A stretch of 63,933 nt of DNA, the filler included, from Basidiobolus ranarum (taxonomy: Eukaryota), in assembly GCA_040143965.1 (NCBI GenBank). It is 46 parts of 46 records of this genome, joined end to end, with 100 filler letters (N's around TTAATTAATTAA, not from the genome) between each part and the next. Parts side by side here need not be neighbours in the genome. Positions count along the whole stretch, not along the records: positions 23,726 to 25,018 come from JASJQH010005656.1; positions 25,119 to 26,411 come from JASJQH010005657.1; positions 26,512 to 27,804 come from JASJQH010005658.1; positions 27,905 to 29,196 come from JASJQH010005659.1; positions 29,297 to 30,588 come from JASJQH010005660.1; positions 30,689 to 31,980 come from JASJQH010005661.1; positions 32,081 to 33,372 come from JASJQH010005662.1; positions 33,473 to 34,764 come from JASJQH010005663.1; 38 more parts are not named here. The stretch is one strand, 5' to 3'. Made by a program: the position numbers and the translations under genes. Shown here piece by piece: positions 24,805 to 37,648 of the stretch; the stretch's first letter is position 1, and every line of letters starts with the position of its first letter. Below the pieces are notes generated by a model. It did no database searches and was not told where the DNA came from. It saw only the letters and a list, made by a program, of their open reading frames with translations.

Positions 24805-25018
24805 TGAATTTTGAGCTCAAGTGAAAAACCAAACTCAGCGGTTGAGTTGTTTCCCCTAGTCTTGAGTAACTTTAGTCAGTTCCCTGCAACTGGTAGTCTG
24901 AGTTCTGTTCCATCTAGTACTGCAGTGTAATAGCTTCAATGACCTACAACTTTCACAATTTAGTATGCGCCACTCCATTGGTTGGCAAACTTCCTACGCC
25001 ATTGTTTGTCAAGAGCCT
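24805..25018 (-). pseudogene. Gypsy integrase C-terminal GPY/F-like module
   Basis: KFANQWSGAY*IVKVVGH*SYYTAVLDGTELRLPVAGN*LK. Confidence 0.7.
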
Positions 25019-25329
25019 NNNNNNNNNNNNNNNNNNNNNNNNNNNNNNNNNNNNNNNNNNNNTTAATTAATTAANNNNNNNNNNNNNNNNNNNNNNNNNN
25101 NNNNNNNNNNNNNNNNNNCTTCAGAAAAAAACCAACGCTTACATAGCCACGCGGATACTCGCTTGCCCAATAGGTATGAAACCTTGATCATACGGTTATG
25201 TGCTTTACTCTCATGTCGGGTGTGTGTATGTTTGATAAGGGAACTCAGGGCTTATGAATGACATATTTTGAGCTATATTTGGCCAATTTTCATTTTTATA
25301 ATGGGATTTATGACTTGTTTCACAATGTA

Positions 25330-26271
25330 ATCCATGGGAGTGGGTACTGGCTTACAATTCCCCATCTGTTAGCATCTCAGAATGTCTGAGATATATTTAG
25401 ATTGACTAAGAGTAATAAATTTGCTCAATGTATCTCTTTAGATTTGCAGGCTCAATAAATACCCAAATTCACCTAAATTGGACATCTTGAATTAGACTGA
25501 TAGATCTCTCTTGGTGTTCCTGAGAGCTTCATCATTACTGATAGCTATAATCCAATTCTCAACATATAGGGCAAGTATCACCTTACCCTCCCTATCTGTC
25601 TTAAAGTAGATCCTAACATCTGCTGTTCTCATTTGGAAATCAAGAGATTCCAAGTGTGTGTCTATCTTAGTGTACCATGCCATGGGTCATTCTTTAAGTC
25701 AATAAAGTGTTTTCTGTAGCTCACCCACATCCTCAGGGTGTTCAGGATCCACAAAACCATCTGGTTGCTCCATGAATATATCCTCTTCCAAGTCCCCATT
25801 CAAAAAAGCAGTTTTAACATCCATTTGACAGATTTTTAAGCTATGTCTTGCTGCTACTGCTCATATGGTTTGGATGGAATTAACCATTGCTCCAGGAGCA
25901 AATGTTTCATTGTAGTCCACTCCTTCCATTTGAGAGTATCTTTTAGCCACAATTCTTGCTTTATATCTTTCTACAAATCCATCAGCTTGCTATTTGACTT
26001 TAAACACCCACTTGCTTCAAATTAATATTAGGTCATCAGGTAACTTAACCAAAGTCCAAGTTTGGTTATCTATGAGTGACTGATACTCCTCTGCCATTGC
26101 AGCACTCCAAAACTTCGTGTTGGGACTCTCCATAGCCTCCTGTACTGATTTGGGTTCATCAGAAAAGGCTAAATTAGCACTAGGCTCCTTTTGGCTAGTG
26201 TGAGAGTAGTAATCAGGTGGAGATCTCATCCAATTGGATCTCCTAAGATGGGAAATTGGCACTACAACTTA
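25330..26271 (-). pseudogene. Ty1/copia RT fragment
   Basis: EPKSVQEAM...WSAAMAEEYQSLIDNQTWTLV; QMDVKTAFLNG. Confidence 0.9.
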
Positions 26272-26411
26272 CCCTAACAGAAATTTGAGGATTGTTATCA
26301 TAGGAAAACCGTCACAATTTTAATCCATTTGGGATTGACCGTTTACTTACTGTCATAAAATCGTCAAGTTAGATTTGATTTTAATCAATTTTTTCAGTTT
26401 CAGGAGTGAAA
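26272..26411 (+). mobile_element. CCCTA-type transposon L end
   Basis: CCCTAACAGAAATTTGAGG. Confidence 0.75.
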
Positions 26412-26511
26412 NNNNNNNNNNNNNNNNNNNNNNNNNNNNNNNNNNNNNNNNNNNNTTAATTAATTAANNNNNNNNNNNNNNNNNNNNNNNNNNNNNNNNN
26501 NNNNNNNNNNN

Positions 26512-26751
26512 TTAGATTATATTTACCAACTTAGAAGTTCTTAGATATATAGACTTTCAAACTTGTGGTAGAAGCCCCAAACTCTGCACACATGCTCCTG
26601 GGACCTTTCTAAACACATTCTACACATCAGTTTCCTTACATCATGAGAAAACTATAAATGTCAACTTTCTACTCAATAAATCAATAAGTGAAAACCACCA
26701 ATTTCTCTAATTCTCCAAACCACTTCCAACAGGCTCCCAAATACTTTTACA
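26512..26751 (+). mobile_element. Copia LTR family D, 3' part
   Basis: Ends ...CAGGCTCCCAAATACTTTTACA; homologous to 56613-56959. Confidence 0.8.
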
Positions 26752-27904
26752 ATTTCAATGTGTCTGGCCAGAATCAGCATGTGAATGCTGGCATTCTCCC
26801 ATATAATCATTTTGACTGAGTTACATAGGGCTTGATGTGTGCTACTCGAACTGACAGCTCATATAGATTCCAATATTTTGAAAATATCAAAAGGCACAAA
26901 TTTTGACTACCAAATGTATTATAGTGTCTGATAGTATGGCCAATTCACCAAATGATATTTGCACATGGAAAGTAATCAGTATTGTGGTAGTAAAGCCTGT
27001 ACACTAATCTACCAAGAAATCATATATCTTTTGTTAGATCATTGAGTGGAAATTAATGATACTCAACTGTCTTTGGAGTAAAAATCTAGAAAAACCAATT
27101 TCTGAGCTTTCTTTGGATACTATCTCTAACTGAATTTACTCCTAATAACAGGAAGAACTCTGAAGTCTAGACTTGACATTTGTCAAAATTAATATACAGT
27201 TCCTGATATCCTTGCTATTTCAATATTTGGATATTCAAAACATTCTTGCTCTACAGCCATCATTCAGCTAACTATGAAGTCAAATATGATGTACATCTAA
27301 TACTATTATTGGGCATGTTTCAGCAGCCACTTCCCCATATATGTGAAGAATAGCTCTATATTTGCGTGAATCAAGGCAATGGATCAGCAGGAATGGGAGC
27401 CCAAATGTAAATGGATAAAATAACTCGCTTTACTCCGGTAGAACCAGCTACAGAACAACTGATAAGACATAAGAGTAAATAGCGATGTGATAGTAGGACA
27501 TATTTTTCTGGTTATCGTGTGAGTCATATTGGCTTAGATGAATTGCGATGTCTTTGACTATCTACTAACAAGTACCACATTAGCTGAAAGCTCACCAAAT
27601 AGAAAAACAAATAACTGTCGTATAAACCAATTGAGCACTACTATATATGCTCGCCTTACCGTTAAAACATAACCCTGCATCAACAGCCGAATCCTGGCAA
27701 CATTTTGCTTTCAGCTACAACAATAAGTCAACATCGCGATCATTCTTGGAAATACCATAATATTTTGCAGAATTCCGGTACAACGAAAACAGTCGGAAAC
27801 ATGANNNNNNNNNNNNNNNNNNNNNNNNNNNNNNNNNNNNNNNNNNNNTTAATTAATTAANNNNNNNNNNNNNNNNNNNNNNNNNNNNNNNNNNNNNNNN
27901 NNNN

Positions 27905-28769
27905 AGTATAAATGCCATATTTCTATCAATAAGTCAATAAGAGGAAACCAATTCTTTGTAGTTCTCCAGACCACTTCCAACAGGCTCACAAGTACTTTAA
28001 CAGGTTATGAGCATTAAGCTTGCACTCTCTGTAATATCAACTTCTCAAATTTCTGGAACTTTTCCCTCTTCTGAAAAATGATTGGAACTAATTATCAGTT
28101 TGGAAAATTAATAAGAAAATGCTGCTGCCAGAAAAAGGACTTTGGGACACTATTGGTGAGAAGAAAACAACTCAAAACTATTTGAAAACAAAGTTTTACT
28201 CCAGGTTCAAAAGAACAAAGGGCCATTAACACAATTTGTTTTGATGTCAAAAACTAATTGCTAGTTAAATGTTCAAGTGACACAACTGCCAAGAAGGTGT
28301 GGAAAGCCTTGGAAGACACCTACCAAACATATTCTGCTGCCAACATGGTGTTTCTAAAAGTCAATTCTTTAACTTAAAGATGCAGACAGGAGGAGACATT
28401 AATTCACTAATTAATATAGTCACTCTTTTAGTGGATGAAATGGAATGCATTAAAGAGCCAATTAACAACCTGGATATTACAGTTGCAGTCCTGAATAGCA
28501 TGCCGCACATGTTTTGGAGGCTAACCACGGCTGTAGAATTAAGAACTGAGAATTTAACTCTAAAATCTGTATATGTCAGACTATTGGATAAAGATTGACA
28601 AAATTCAAGATTTCACCAAAAAAATGAAAAAAATGCATCAAGAGGCTATGGGAACCCTTCCTATAAAGATCACAAGCACTTTAAGAAGAAAAGTAACACA
28701 TTATGGGATTACTGTAAAAGAACTGGTCATTGAAGCCAAGGTTGCTCTACAAGAATAGAAAAAGAAGTA
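27905..28769 (+). mobile_element. Copia 5' LTR (D) end, PBS and decayed gag
   Basis: ...TTTAACA|GGTTATGAGC at 28003; NYQFGK/WK motif; zinc-knuckle remnant DYCKRTGH. Confidence 0.85.
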
Positions 28770-29196
28770 CCCTAACAAAAATAAAATTGATTTGATCCGG
28801 ATTGGATCCACCCTCTGAAATAGCAAAACCATCAGAGAACCATCACAATATTGTTGGCTTGCATTCTGCCAGGGATTTTGATGATGTGACAGTGGTTTCT
28901 TGATGGTATCTTAGTGGTACTCATACATGTCAAAATATTGATCCTCAAATTTGGCATGCATCATTCAATATCCAGCAATTTTTGTGAAAATATAATTTTG
29001 GAATGGCAAATTACTGGGTTTATTGCTGTAGGAATTCAAATTAATATGCATGCCTTTATTTAGATATTTTAGGCTTTGTATTCCCGCCATAATGAGAATC
29101 AAAAAATACAAGAATCTTGTTGTGTTTAGTCTCTACATATGCACATATTTGACTGATTAGACATAACTCAACAACATCAATATGCTTTACCAGCAA
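28770..29196 (-). mobile_element. CCCTA-type transposon R end inserted in copia gag
   Basis: CCCTAACAAAAATAAAATTGATTTGATCCGGATTGGATCC. Confidence 0.78.
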
Positions 29197-30155
29197 NNNN
29201 NNNNNNNNNNNNNNNNNNNNNNNNNNNNNNNNNNNNNNNNTTAATTAATTAANNNNNNNNNNNNNNNNNNNNNNNNNNNNNNNNNNNNNNNNNNNNCGTC
29301 ACAACACTTTTTGCAATAAAGATAAAGATTGCGTAACTGACCTCGATCTAGTCGAACTTGTTCTATATCGACTCTCAAAATAGCTATGGACACACGTATA
29401 TTGCAGGTAAGTCCATAAGTACACAGCACATGAACACAATCCTAAGAAATCTCGAAGTCAGGCTATTAATAAGTATCGGATCAAGCCGTAAAACGTGCTA
29501 TCTTTTTTCAAATGTAATTGTTCAGATTAAAAAATATATTATTCCCTGCTGGTATCGAATTGATAGCAGGTTAGTGTCAGAGTATAATCCTGCATTTCTG
29601 AATTAAAGGGTTTGATAGTGCTATTTACTATATATTATTAGTTTATAATACTTATTGAAGCCTTACTAATATAACATAATGAGGAAATTTTCAGTACTTG
29701 AATAGTATTTGACTACTTGTTTATATTTGGTTTCACTACTGGCACAGTTGCATCTAATATTAGGAAAGTGACACATTCCAACACTAAGGTAATGTACCGA
29801 CATCATTCCCCCTTTGATACTTCCATCTTAACCTTACTAACTCTTAGATAATTCAGATACCTCTTAATACATACTCTGATTTTGACTCAATAATATATGA
29901 CTGCTTGTATTAATACACATGCAGATAATAAAATAAAAAATTAGATATAAGAAAATGTGATTAGCAGATATATTTGGTCAACTCCAAAGATTGTAAGAAC
30001 ATGCAATGTAATTTTTAACTAATACTGAATCTTCAAGAAAAGTGCCAAAAGTCTTGAACTTAACCAAACTAAGTAACAGCAAAGTGCAGTACTTTAGAGT
30101 AGTCTAAGTAGAAAGAATAGGTGTTAAAGTATCTTGAAAGCATGTTGGAAGTGGT

Positions 30156-30503
30156 TGTTAAAGTATTTGGGAGCTTGTTGGAAGTGATTTGGAGAATTAG
30201 AGAAATTGGTGGTTTTCACTTATTGACTTATTGAGTAGAAAGTTGACATTTATAGTTTTGTCAAGATGTAAACAAACTAACATGTAGATTGTGTTAAGGA
30301 AGGTCCTAGGAACATGTGAGCAAAGTTTGGGACTTCTAGCACAAGTTTGAAGAATCTATACATCTAAGAACTTCCAAGTTAGTAAAAATATTCCAAGTAA
30401 ATTCCAATTGAGAATAATGGATAATATCTTGGTGAATTATAAGAAAACAAAGTTCTAAGCTATGTATGACTATATAGATGTTTAGGAAATGCTAATTTCA
30501 ACA
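30156..30503 (-). mobile_element. Copia 3' LTR family D with PPT, nested in another LTR-D-like end (30122-30155)
   Basis: Minus strand reads AGTTGAGGGAGAG|TGTTG...TTTAACA. Confidence 0.85.
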
Positions 30504-30688
30504 CTCTCCCTCAACTAAATAGTCATATAAACTAATCATATTTTTGCTTCTATTATGAAATGTGGGATTTTTAGCTAATTTGATCCAANNNNNNNNNNNN
30601 NNNNNNNNNNNNNNNNNNNNNNNNNNNNNNNNTTAATTAATTAANNNNNNNNNNNNNNNNNNNNNNNNNNNNNNNNNNNNNNNNNNNN

Positions 30689-31015
30689 TTGATTTCCAAA
30701 AGAGTATAGTGGATTTTGGGATCTACTTTAAGACAGATAAGGACAGTAAGGTGATACTTGCCTTATATGTAGATGATCTGATTATAGCTACCAATAATGA
30801 TGAAGCTCTTAGGGACACCAAAAGAGATCTATCAGTCCAATATAAGATGACCAATATAAGTGAACTTATGTATTTTTTAGGCTTGCAGATCCATACAGAT
30901 ATATTGAGCAAATCTATTACTCTGAATCAATCTAAATTCATCTCAGACATTCTCAGATGTCACAGGGTGGAGAATTGTAAGCCAGAAGCAACTCCCATGG
31001 ATCCAGGTGTGAAAA
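30689..31015 (+). pseudogene. Ty1/copia RT fragment
   Basis: ILALYVDDLII...YFLGLQI. Confidence 0.92.
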
Positions 31016-31980
31016 TGTTGAAATTAGCTTTGCCTAAACACCTGTATAGTCATATATAGCTTAGTAAATAGTTCTCTAATAATTTATTAAGATATTAACC
31101 ATTATCTTTAATTGGAATTTACTTGAGATATTGTTACCAACTGAGAAGCTTGCAGATATATAAATTTTTCTGACTTATGCTAGAAGCCCCAAAATTTGCA
31201 CACATGTTCCTGGGACCTTCCTTAAGAAATTCTACATGTTAGTTTATTTACATCTTGACAAAACTGTAAATGTAAGCATTCTATTCAATAAATCAACGAG
31301 TGAAAACCACCAATTCCTCTAATTCTCCAAGCCACCTCCAACAGGCTCCCAAAGACTTAAGCAGGTTATGAGCCCCAAGCTTGCACTCTCTGTAATTTCT
31401 CCTTCTCAAATCTTTGGAACTTTTCTCTCTTTGGAAAAATTGGATGGTACCAATTATCAAATTTGGAAAATTAAAATGTAAATGCTGCTGTCCGAAAAAG
31501 GACTTTGGGAGACTGTTGTAGGAGAAGAAAATAGTGCAAAACTATCTGAAACCAAAGTCTTACTCCTGGTTAAGAGAGAACAAAGTGCTTTTAACACAAT
31601 TTGTCTTAATGTTAAAGACAAGTTGCTAATTCAATGTTTAAGAGCTTAAACTGCCAAGAAGGTATGGAAAGCCTTAGAAGACACCTACCAAACAAGTTCT
31701 GCTGCCAACAAGATGTTTCTAAGAAGATAATTCTTTAACTTAAAGCTGAAGCCAGGAGAAGACATTAAATCAATAATTGATTGAGTTACTATCTTAGTGG
31801 AAGAAATGGAATGCATTCAAGTACCTTTTACTGATCAGGATATCATAGTTACAGTTCTGAATAGCCTGCCACATGAGTTTCAGAGCCTAGTAATGCCTCT
31901 AGAATTAAGAACTGAAAATGTGACCTCAAATTAAGTATTTGGCAGACTTCAAGATGAAGATCTAAACAAATCAGGATCCA
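31016..31980 (+). mobile_element. Copia 5' LTR family D (31016-31363), PBS (31364-31375) and gag
   Basis: TGTTG...AGCA|GGTTATGAGCCC; EKLDGTNYQIWKIKM*MLLSEKGLW. Confidence 0.9.
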
Positions 31981-32080
31981 NNNNNNNNNNNNNNNNNNNN
32001 NNNNNNNNNNNNNNNNNNNNNNNNTTAATTAATTAANNNNNNNNNNNNNNNNNNNNNNNNNNNNNNNNNNNNNNNNNNNN

Positions 32081-32626
32081 AAGCAATGGTCACAGCCATA
32101 ACAGGACTTCTTTTGCTTCTTGAGTTGATTCCAGGGTAGACTATATCTGTTAGAATTTGAAGGCGTTTGATTAAGTCTTCAGTATTAATTGGCTGAGTAG
32201 AACATCTTGATAGTTCTGTAGTCAGTTGAATATTCTTCCAGATATAAGTGAGAATGAAGTGGTTCCATAGAGTGCAGCAATCTTAGTGTTGATAGCATAT
32301 TGAACCATTGGAATTGACTTGTCCCAATCCTTCTTGACTCCTTTGATAGATTTACAGAATATGTTCACAGAGGTTTGAACATGTCTTTCTGCAACTCCAT
32401 CAGCTTTAGGATGATAGGGAGTGATCAGTCTGTGATCAATGCCCAAGTTATTGCAGAGTTTGTGATGACTTGGTTCACAAAATCAGTTCCATTATCCAAT
32501 TAAATGATTTTGGGAAATCCAAAGAGGCAGAATAGCTTGAATAAGGCTTGGGCAATGGTAGTAGCAAATTTGTCTGGTAGAGCTTTGTGAAAAACAAAAC
32601 ATGTACAAACATCTATTATCACAAAG
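32081..32626 (-). pseudogene. Ty3/gypsy integrase fragment (second family)
   Basis: FGFPKII..DNGTDFVN; GIDHRLITPYHPKADGVAER. Confidence 0.88.
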
Positions 32627-33194
32627 TGTTGGATAATTAATCTCTATTCAACAGCATAGCTAATTTTAGTTATGATACATATATCCGAAACAGAAAGCAA
32701 CATATCTATGGCCCATATATTCCACATAGGAATATCTCTACATCTATATAACAAGTATGTCTTATTACCCCCACTTATCTATTATAATATATTATATCTT
32801 ATTAGACAGACTCCTGAATATGTCAAACAATTGATTTACTTTTCTACTTTATAAGTCACCTTAAACTCTTGAGAATAAAGTAACTAAAACACACTATCAT
32901 AAGTTGCTTCTGATACTCAAAGTCTACCCCCATTATGTCAAGATCCTCCAACATGGTAATAGCAAGTGAATTAGAGTCTTCTTCTTAAAAGGAGATTACT
33001 AATATTCCACATTCAATGGGGAAGATTTCCATGAATGGAAACTCAAGATGCAACTTGTGCTTGAAGGGAAACATGTCTGGCAAGTAGTTCAACCAGACAA
33101 AGAAGAAGAAACTTCTGGAGAAGAACATACAGATTCTGACACTGAAACAAAGAATCCAACACAAAGAGGTAGTGATTTCCATCATGACTGGTTG
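32627..33194 (+). mobile_element. Truncated copia: LTR family F (32627-32953), TGG-type PBS and gag start
   Basis: TGTTG...CAACA|TGGTAATAGCAAG; FNGEDFHEWKLKMQLVLEGKHVWQVV. Confidence 0.8.
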
Positions 33195-33372
33195 TGAATG
33201 GTCCAATGATAATGCCTTTATCAGCCCATTTCTGTACTACTTCATCAACTAAAGGTTGTAGTGTATGTGGAATTGGATATTGTCTTCTCCAATATGTTTC
33301 TCCAGGAGGTGTTTCCAAGGTAGTAAGAGACTCTGGTATAGTGCAGAAGCTTTTCTTTGGGATATTCTGGTT
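33195..33372 (-). pseudogene. Ty3/gypsy RT N-terminal fragment
   Basis: TPPGETYWRRQYPIPHTLQPLVDEVVQKWADKGII. Confidence 0.75.
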
Positions 33373-33472
33373 NNNNNNNNNNNNNNNNNNNNNNNNNNNN
33401 NNNNNNNNNNNNNNNNTTAATTAATTAANNNNNNNNNNNNNNNNNNNNNNNNNNNNNNNNNNNNNNNNNNNN

Positions 33473-33561
33473 TCTTGTCTTGTGGTCTACACCCAAGTAC
33501 TCTCCTGCCTTCTAGCCTCTTGTCGTTGTTCCCAGTCCTTGTCCAGTTCCTTATTGTGACA
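33473..33561 (+). mobile_element. LTR family A 3' end inserted in a CCCTA element
   Basis: ...CCTTATTGTGACA. Confidence 0.8.
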
Positions 33562-34303
33562 CATTCTGCCAGGGATTTTGAGGATGAGACAGTGGCTTCT
33601 TGATGGTATTGTGACAGTATTGATACAAGGTAAAATATTGATCCTCATATTTGGCATGTGTCATTTAATTTCCAACAATTTGCACAAAAAACTAATTTTC
33701 AAATGGTTAATTATTGGGTTTACTGCTGTAGGAATTCAAATTAATATGCATACCTGAATTTGGATATTTTAGGCTTTGTATTCCAGCCATAATGAGAATC
33801 AAAAAATCCAAGAATCTTGCTGTGTTTAGTCCATACATATGCATATACCTGACTGATCAGACATAATTTAACAACCTCAATATGCTTTACCAGCAAACTA
33901 ATGTTGGAAAAATTGCTAAACATCTGAAATTTTAAACAGTACTGACACTTGGCAAATAGCTTACTCTTGTTAGCATTCACAATGAGAACAAGCTCTTGAT
34001 TTTGGCAAATTTCCATAAAGAATTCAACCAAAATATCCTCAACTTGCAGTCAATAAATGTCCTGCCACAAGTGGATGTGTCATGGCTTGAATAGATGGCC
34101 CCATGGCTAAAACAATAATACTGTGTATCTCAGTCTATCACACTAAGAAGCCTATCTTGTAGCTCTCCTAGAAATACCATCAGATTATCACACAAACAAA
34201 TTAGTCCAAATTTTAGAGGTTCTTACTCTGACTTCATGGATTGGGTTTTGTTGCTGTTATTATGCTCAAACAATGCAAAAACTCATGATCACATTGAAAA
34301 GAG
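33562..34303 (-). mobile_element. CCCTA-type transposon 3' region
   Basis: Homologous to ~49160-49905. Confidence 0.75.
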
Positions 34304-34662
34304 AGTTAGGGGGGAGACAGTCACCAACAGGTGAAATCTTTATTTCAAACAAAACAAAGAAGCCATAACTACTTTTGTGGTTTCTTAATCAAAGTGCAAA
34401 GTTCTGGAGTATTGGTGTGAATGTTGCACAGTAGAAAAGTTAAGGCAGTACAGTCTAAGACACTATTAAGTGGAGTAAGAGGGAGAAATAAAGGTAAAAA
34501 TGGTTTGTCAACAATAGAAATAAGTGGAATGAGGCTAGGATTAACACAAAGCATAAAGGGAGTGTGTTTCTGAAGATATTGTTGCCAAATGTCCACCAAG
34601 TATTCCTTGTAGGCAAGGGAGGACTTCTCAGCTTGTTCTATAGAGGAAGCAAATTTACTGAC

Positions 34663-34764
34663 TATTGGGAAAATATGGGCTGTTTGGAGGAACTTTAGAA
34701 AAGTGGAGTTGTGAATAGCTTTGTGAGATAATTGGTTATTGTCCAGAAATAAAGCATTTATACT
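34663..34764 (-). mobile_element. LTR family E 3' end
   Basis: TATTGGGAAAATATGGGCTG, as at 22611. Confidence 0.8.
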
Positions 34765-34864
34765 NNNNNNNNNNNNNNNNNNNNNNNNNNNNNNNNNNNN
34801 NNNNNNNNTTAATTAATTAANNNNNNNNNNNNNNNNNNNNNNNNNNNNNNNNNNNNNNNNNNNN

Positions 34865-36156
34865 AATGACAAACCTTACCAACACACAACTTCCCTTTGA
34901 CTGGACCTTATCATGCCAATAAGCATTTGTAACTTTAAAGAATGCTTTTATCTCAGCATCAATCCTGGCACATCCCAAGCTAGATGAGCCATTGATTAAT
35001 GAAACTGATGCATCCAACTTTGCTCTAGGAGCAATACAATCACAGTAAGGTGATGACAACTTACTGAACCTGGTAGCAGGTAGCCAGCTTGGAAAACCTG
35101 ATGCATTATCATGTAGAGCAGAATATCAGCCTAAAGAATGGGATGAAATCTGTGGCCAATAAAATACTTCCTTACTGAAGCCCCACCAGCTTCAAATTAG
35201 TGCAACTGCTCTTTCTCTGCCTAGTTCAAGCACATTCCATGAAGACATCTGCAAACTTCAATCTAAAGACCCATTGGTTATATCAATCATGAAAGCCCAG
35301 GATACACCCAAAGGCCTCTCAAGCTCCAACCTCTACCACCAATTTTCTATCATCAATGATCTCTTGTTTTATAAAAGGCACCTTTATACTCCAGACCATG
35401 CTTCTGGACTCAAAAGCATGAAGGAAAGATATGACTCACCACTTGCAGGACACTTTGGTATTGCCAAATTATATATGTTTGCTTCCAGGGATTATTGGTG
35501 GCCTAATATGTTTGCATCTGTCAAGACTTATGTTTTCACCTGTGATACTTGCACTTTAGTGAAGACTCCAAAGCATCAGCTCTATGGCCTCCTAAAGCCA
35601 CTTCTAATTCCTGATCAGCAGTGGAAATCCTTATCCCTGGATTACATAACTAATCTACCATTGTCTTCCAAATATGATTCCATTCTCGTAATTGTTGACC
35701 ATCTAACAAAAAGGGCCTACTTTGTGCCCTGCAACAAGTCAATTGATGCAAAACAAATAGCATAATTGAAAACTCAAAACATCTTCCACTTACATGGACT
35801 CCCTGAAACTATCATCTCTGATCAAGGACCTCAGTGTGCTTCCAAATTCTGGAAAAGTTTCCTCCATACCTTGGGTATTGGTGCCAATGTCTCCACTGCC
35901 TTCCATCCCCAATCTGATGGCCATACAGAAAGAGTCAATCAAGTTTTGGAACAATATTTGCAATGCACTATCAACTATAATCAGAATGTTTGGACACAAC
36001 TCTTGCCTCTTGCTGAATTTGGTTACAACAACTCTTATCATACCTCAACAAAACAAACTCCTTTCTTTGCAAATTATGGATTCCATCCTGGTTTCACGAT
36101 TCACCAACTATCCAATCTACCTTGCCCTGCTGCCTCAGACCATGCCACTTTCCTTA
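34865..36156 (+). pseudogene. Ty3/gypsy RNase H-integrase fragment
   Basis: GHFG...YWWP...CDTC; SLDYI; ISDQGPQ; FHPQSDGHTERVNQVLEQYL. Confidence 0.93.
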
Positions 36157-36256
36157 NNNNNNNNNNNNNNNNNNNNNNNNNNNNNNNNNNNNNNNNNNNN
36201 TTAATTAATTAANNNNNNNNNNNNNNNNNNNNNNNNNNNNNNNNNNNNNNNNNNNN

Positions 36257-36524
36257 AAAGGTGACAAAGTAGCATTCAAGTGGTAATTGTGTAAAATTTG
36301 AGTTACATTTTTTGCACATGTGTTGATCCATAGTTCTCTAAGATTTTAGCCAATTATGTGCAACTATCTTGCAAGATCTTGAAATTTCACTCCAGAAACT
36401 GAAAAAATTGATTAACATCAAATCTAACTTGATGACTTTGTGATGGTAAGTAAATGGTTAATCCCAAATGGATTAAAATTGTGATGGTTTTCCTACAATA
36501 ACAATCCTCAAATTTCTGTTAGGG
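36257..36524 (-). mobile_element. CCCTA-type L end inserted in an En/Spm transposase
   Basis: ...AATTTCTGTTAGGG. Confidence 0.75.
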
Positions 36525-37240
36525 GCATATTTCTAGTAGAAAAAACTCTGTGATTTGACAAAATCTACAGCAAGATCATACATTGTGCCCACAAAAGCCT
36601 CCAAGTTTACTATGGCAGGAGTGTCAACAATGCTTACAATTAAACTCTCTTTAAAAAGATATTCATACATCTCATATGATTAAGTTTCAAATCCCACCAT
36701 TAAATGCTCCAAAAAGCTATCCATGAGCACTGGTGATTTAGGCCCCAATGGGATGGATAGTATCAGAATATTATGACTCTTATGCCATTCAGAAGGAGGA
36801 AGATGTCAGTTAATTAAGATTATTAGCCAGCAAGCCTTTCCAATGTTTTATTTGCTTAGTGACAAACCATCTGAGCTAATGCATATGTGTGATCATACAT
36901 ATTCTCAAAGATACCTTCACTTTTCAGATTCTGGTAGTGCTATCCATCAAGTGTATTGGTAATTCCATCACCTTTACAGACAGTACTTTGGTAATGGTTT
37001 ACTCATCTATATTTGGGTTATTTCATCAAAATGTTAAGATAGGGAATCAATGGTATATATGCCAAATATGAACAATATTTACCTGATTCAGTGATTGCCA
37101 ATTGTGTGCAATCAGTACATGACTTCAGGTTTTTCAGATCACTGGTGAATACCAAACAACCATTTGGACTTGAAGATAGCTTAATAATTGTAGGATTATA
37201 AGTCATACATTTGGCAAGTGTTTTCCACTTATACCAGGTC
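36525..37240 (-). pseudogene. En/Spm transposase fragment
   Basis: YLAYIPLIPYL; homologous to 54326-54900. Confidence 0.75.
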
Positions 37241-37500
37241 CTTAGTTGAGCAAGATCAGCCATTTTGAATTAGGCATACAAATTGGATTTGGTTTTCTTC
37301 AAATTCTTCAAGTCATTGGTTGCTATAAAAAGGTCATCTACATATAAGGCTAATAGAACTAGTTTTGTCTTATCTGGCCTGAATTAGATACTATAGTCAG
37401 CATTACTCTTTTAGAATTTGAGTGTTTTCATCAAAGCATCTATCTTGCTTTTTGAAGCTCTTGGAGATTGTTTAAGCCATATAGTCTTTTCCAGAGCATG
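37241..37500 (-). pseudogene. Ty1/copia RT fragment
   Basis: LWKRLYGLKQSPRA...LLALYVDDLFIA. Confidence 0.8.
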
Positions 37501-37648
37501 CAAGCTTTTTTAGGCTTTTAAGGGCCCCATATTTATCTCGCCGATATANNNNNNNNNNNNNNNNNNNNNNNNNNNNNNNNNNNNNNNNNNNNTTAATTAA
37601 TTAANNNNNNNNNNNNNNNNNNNNNNNNNNNNNNNNNNNNNNNNNNNN

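Noticed and set aside
29386-29412. Micro-exon ATG GAC ACA CGT ATA TTG CAG|GTAAGT
   Set aside because: Only 7 codons and no convincing downstream exon in the AT-rich sequence that follows.
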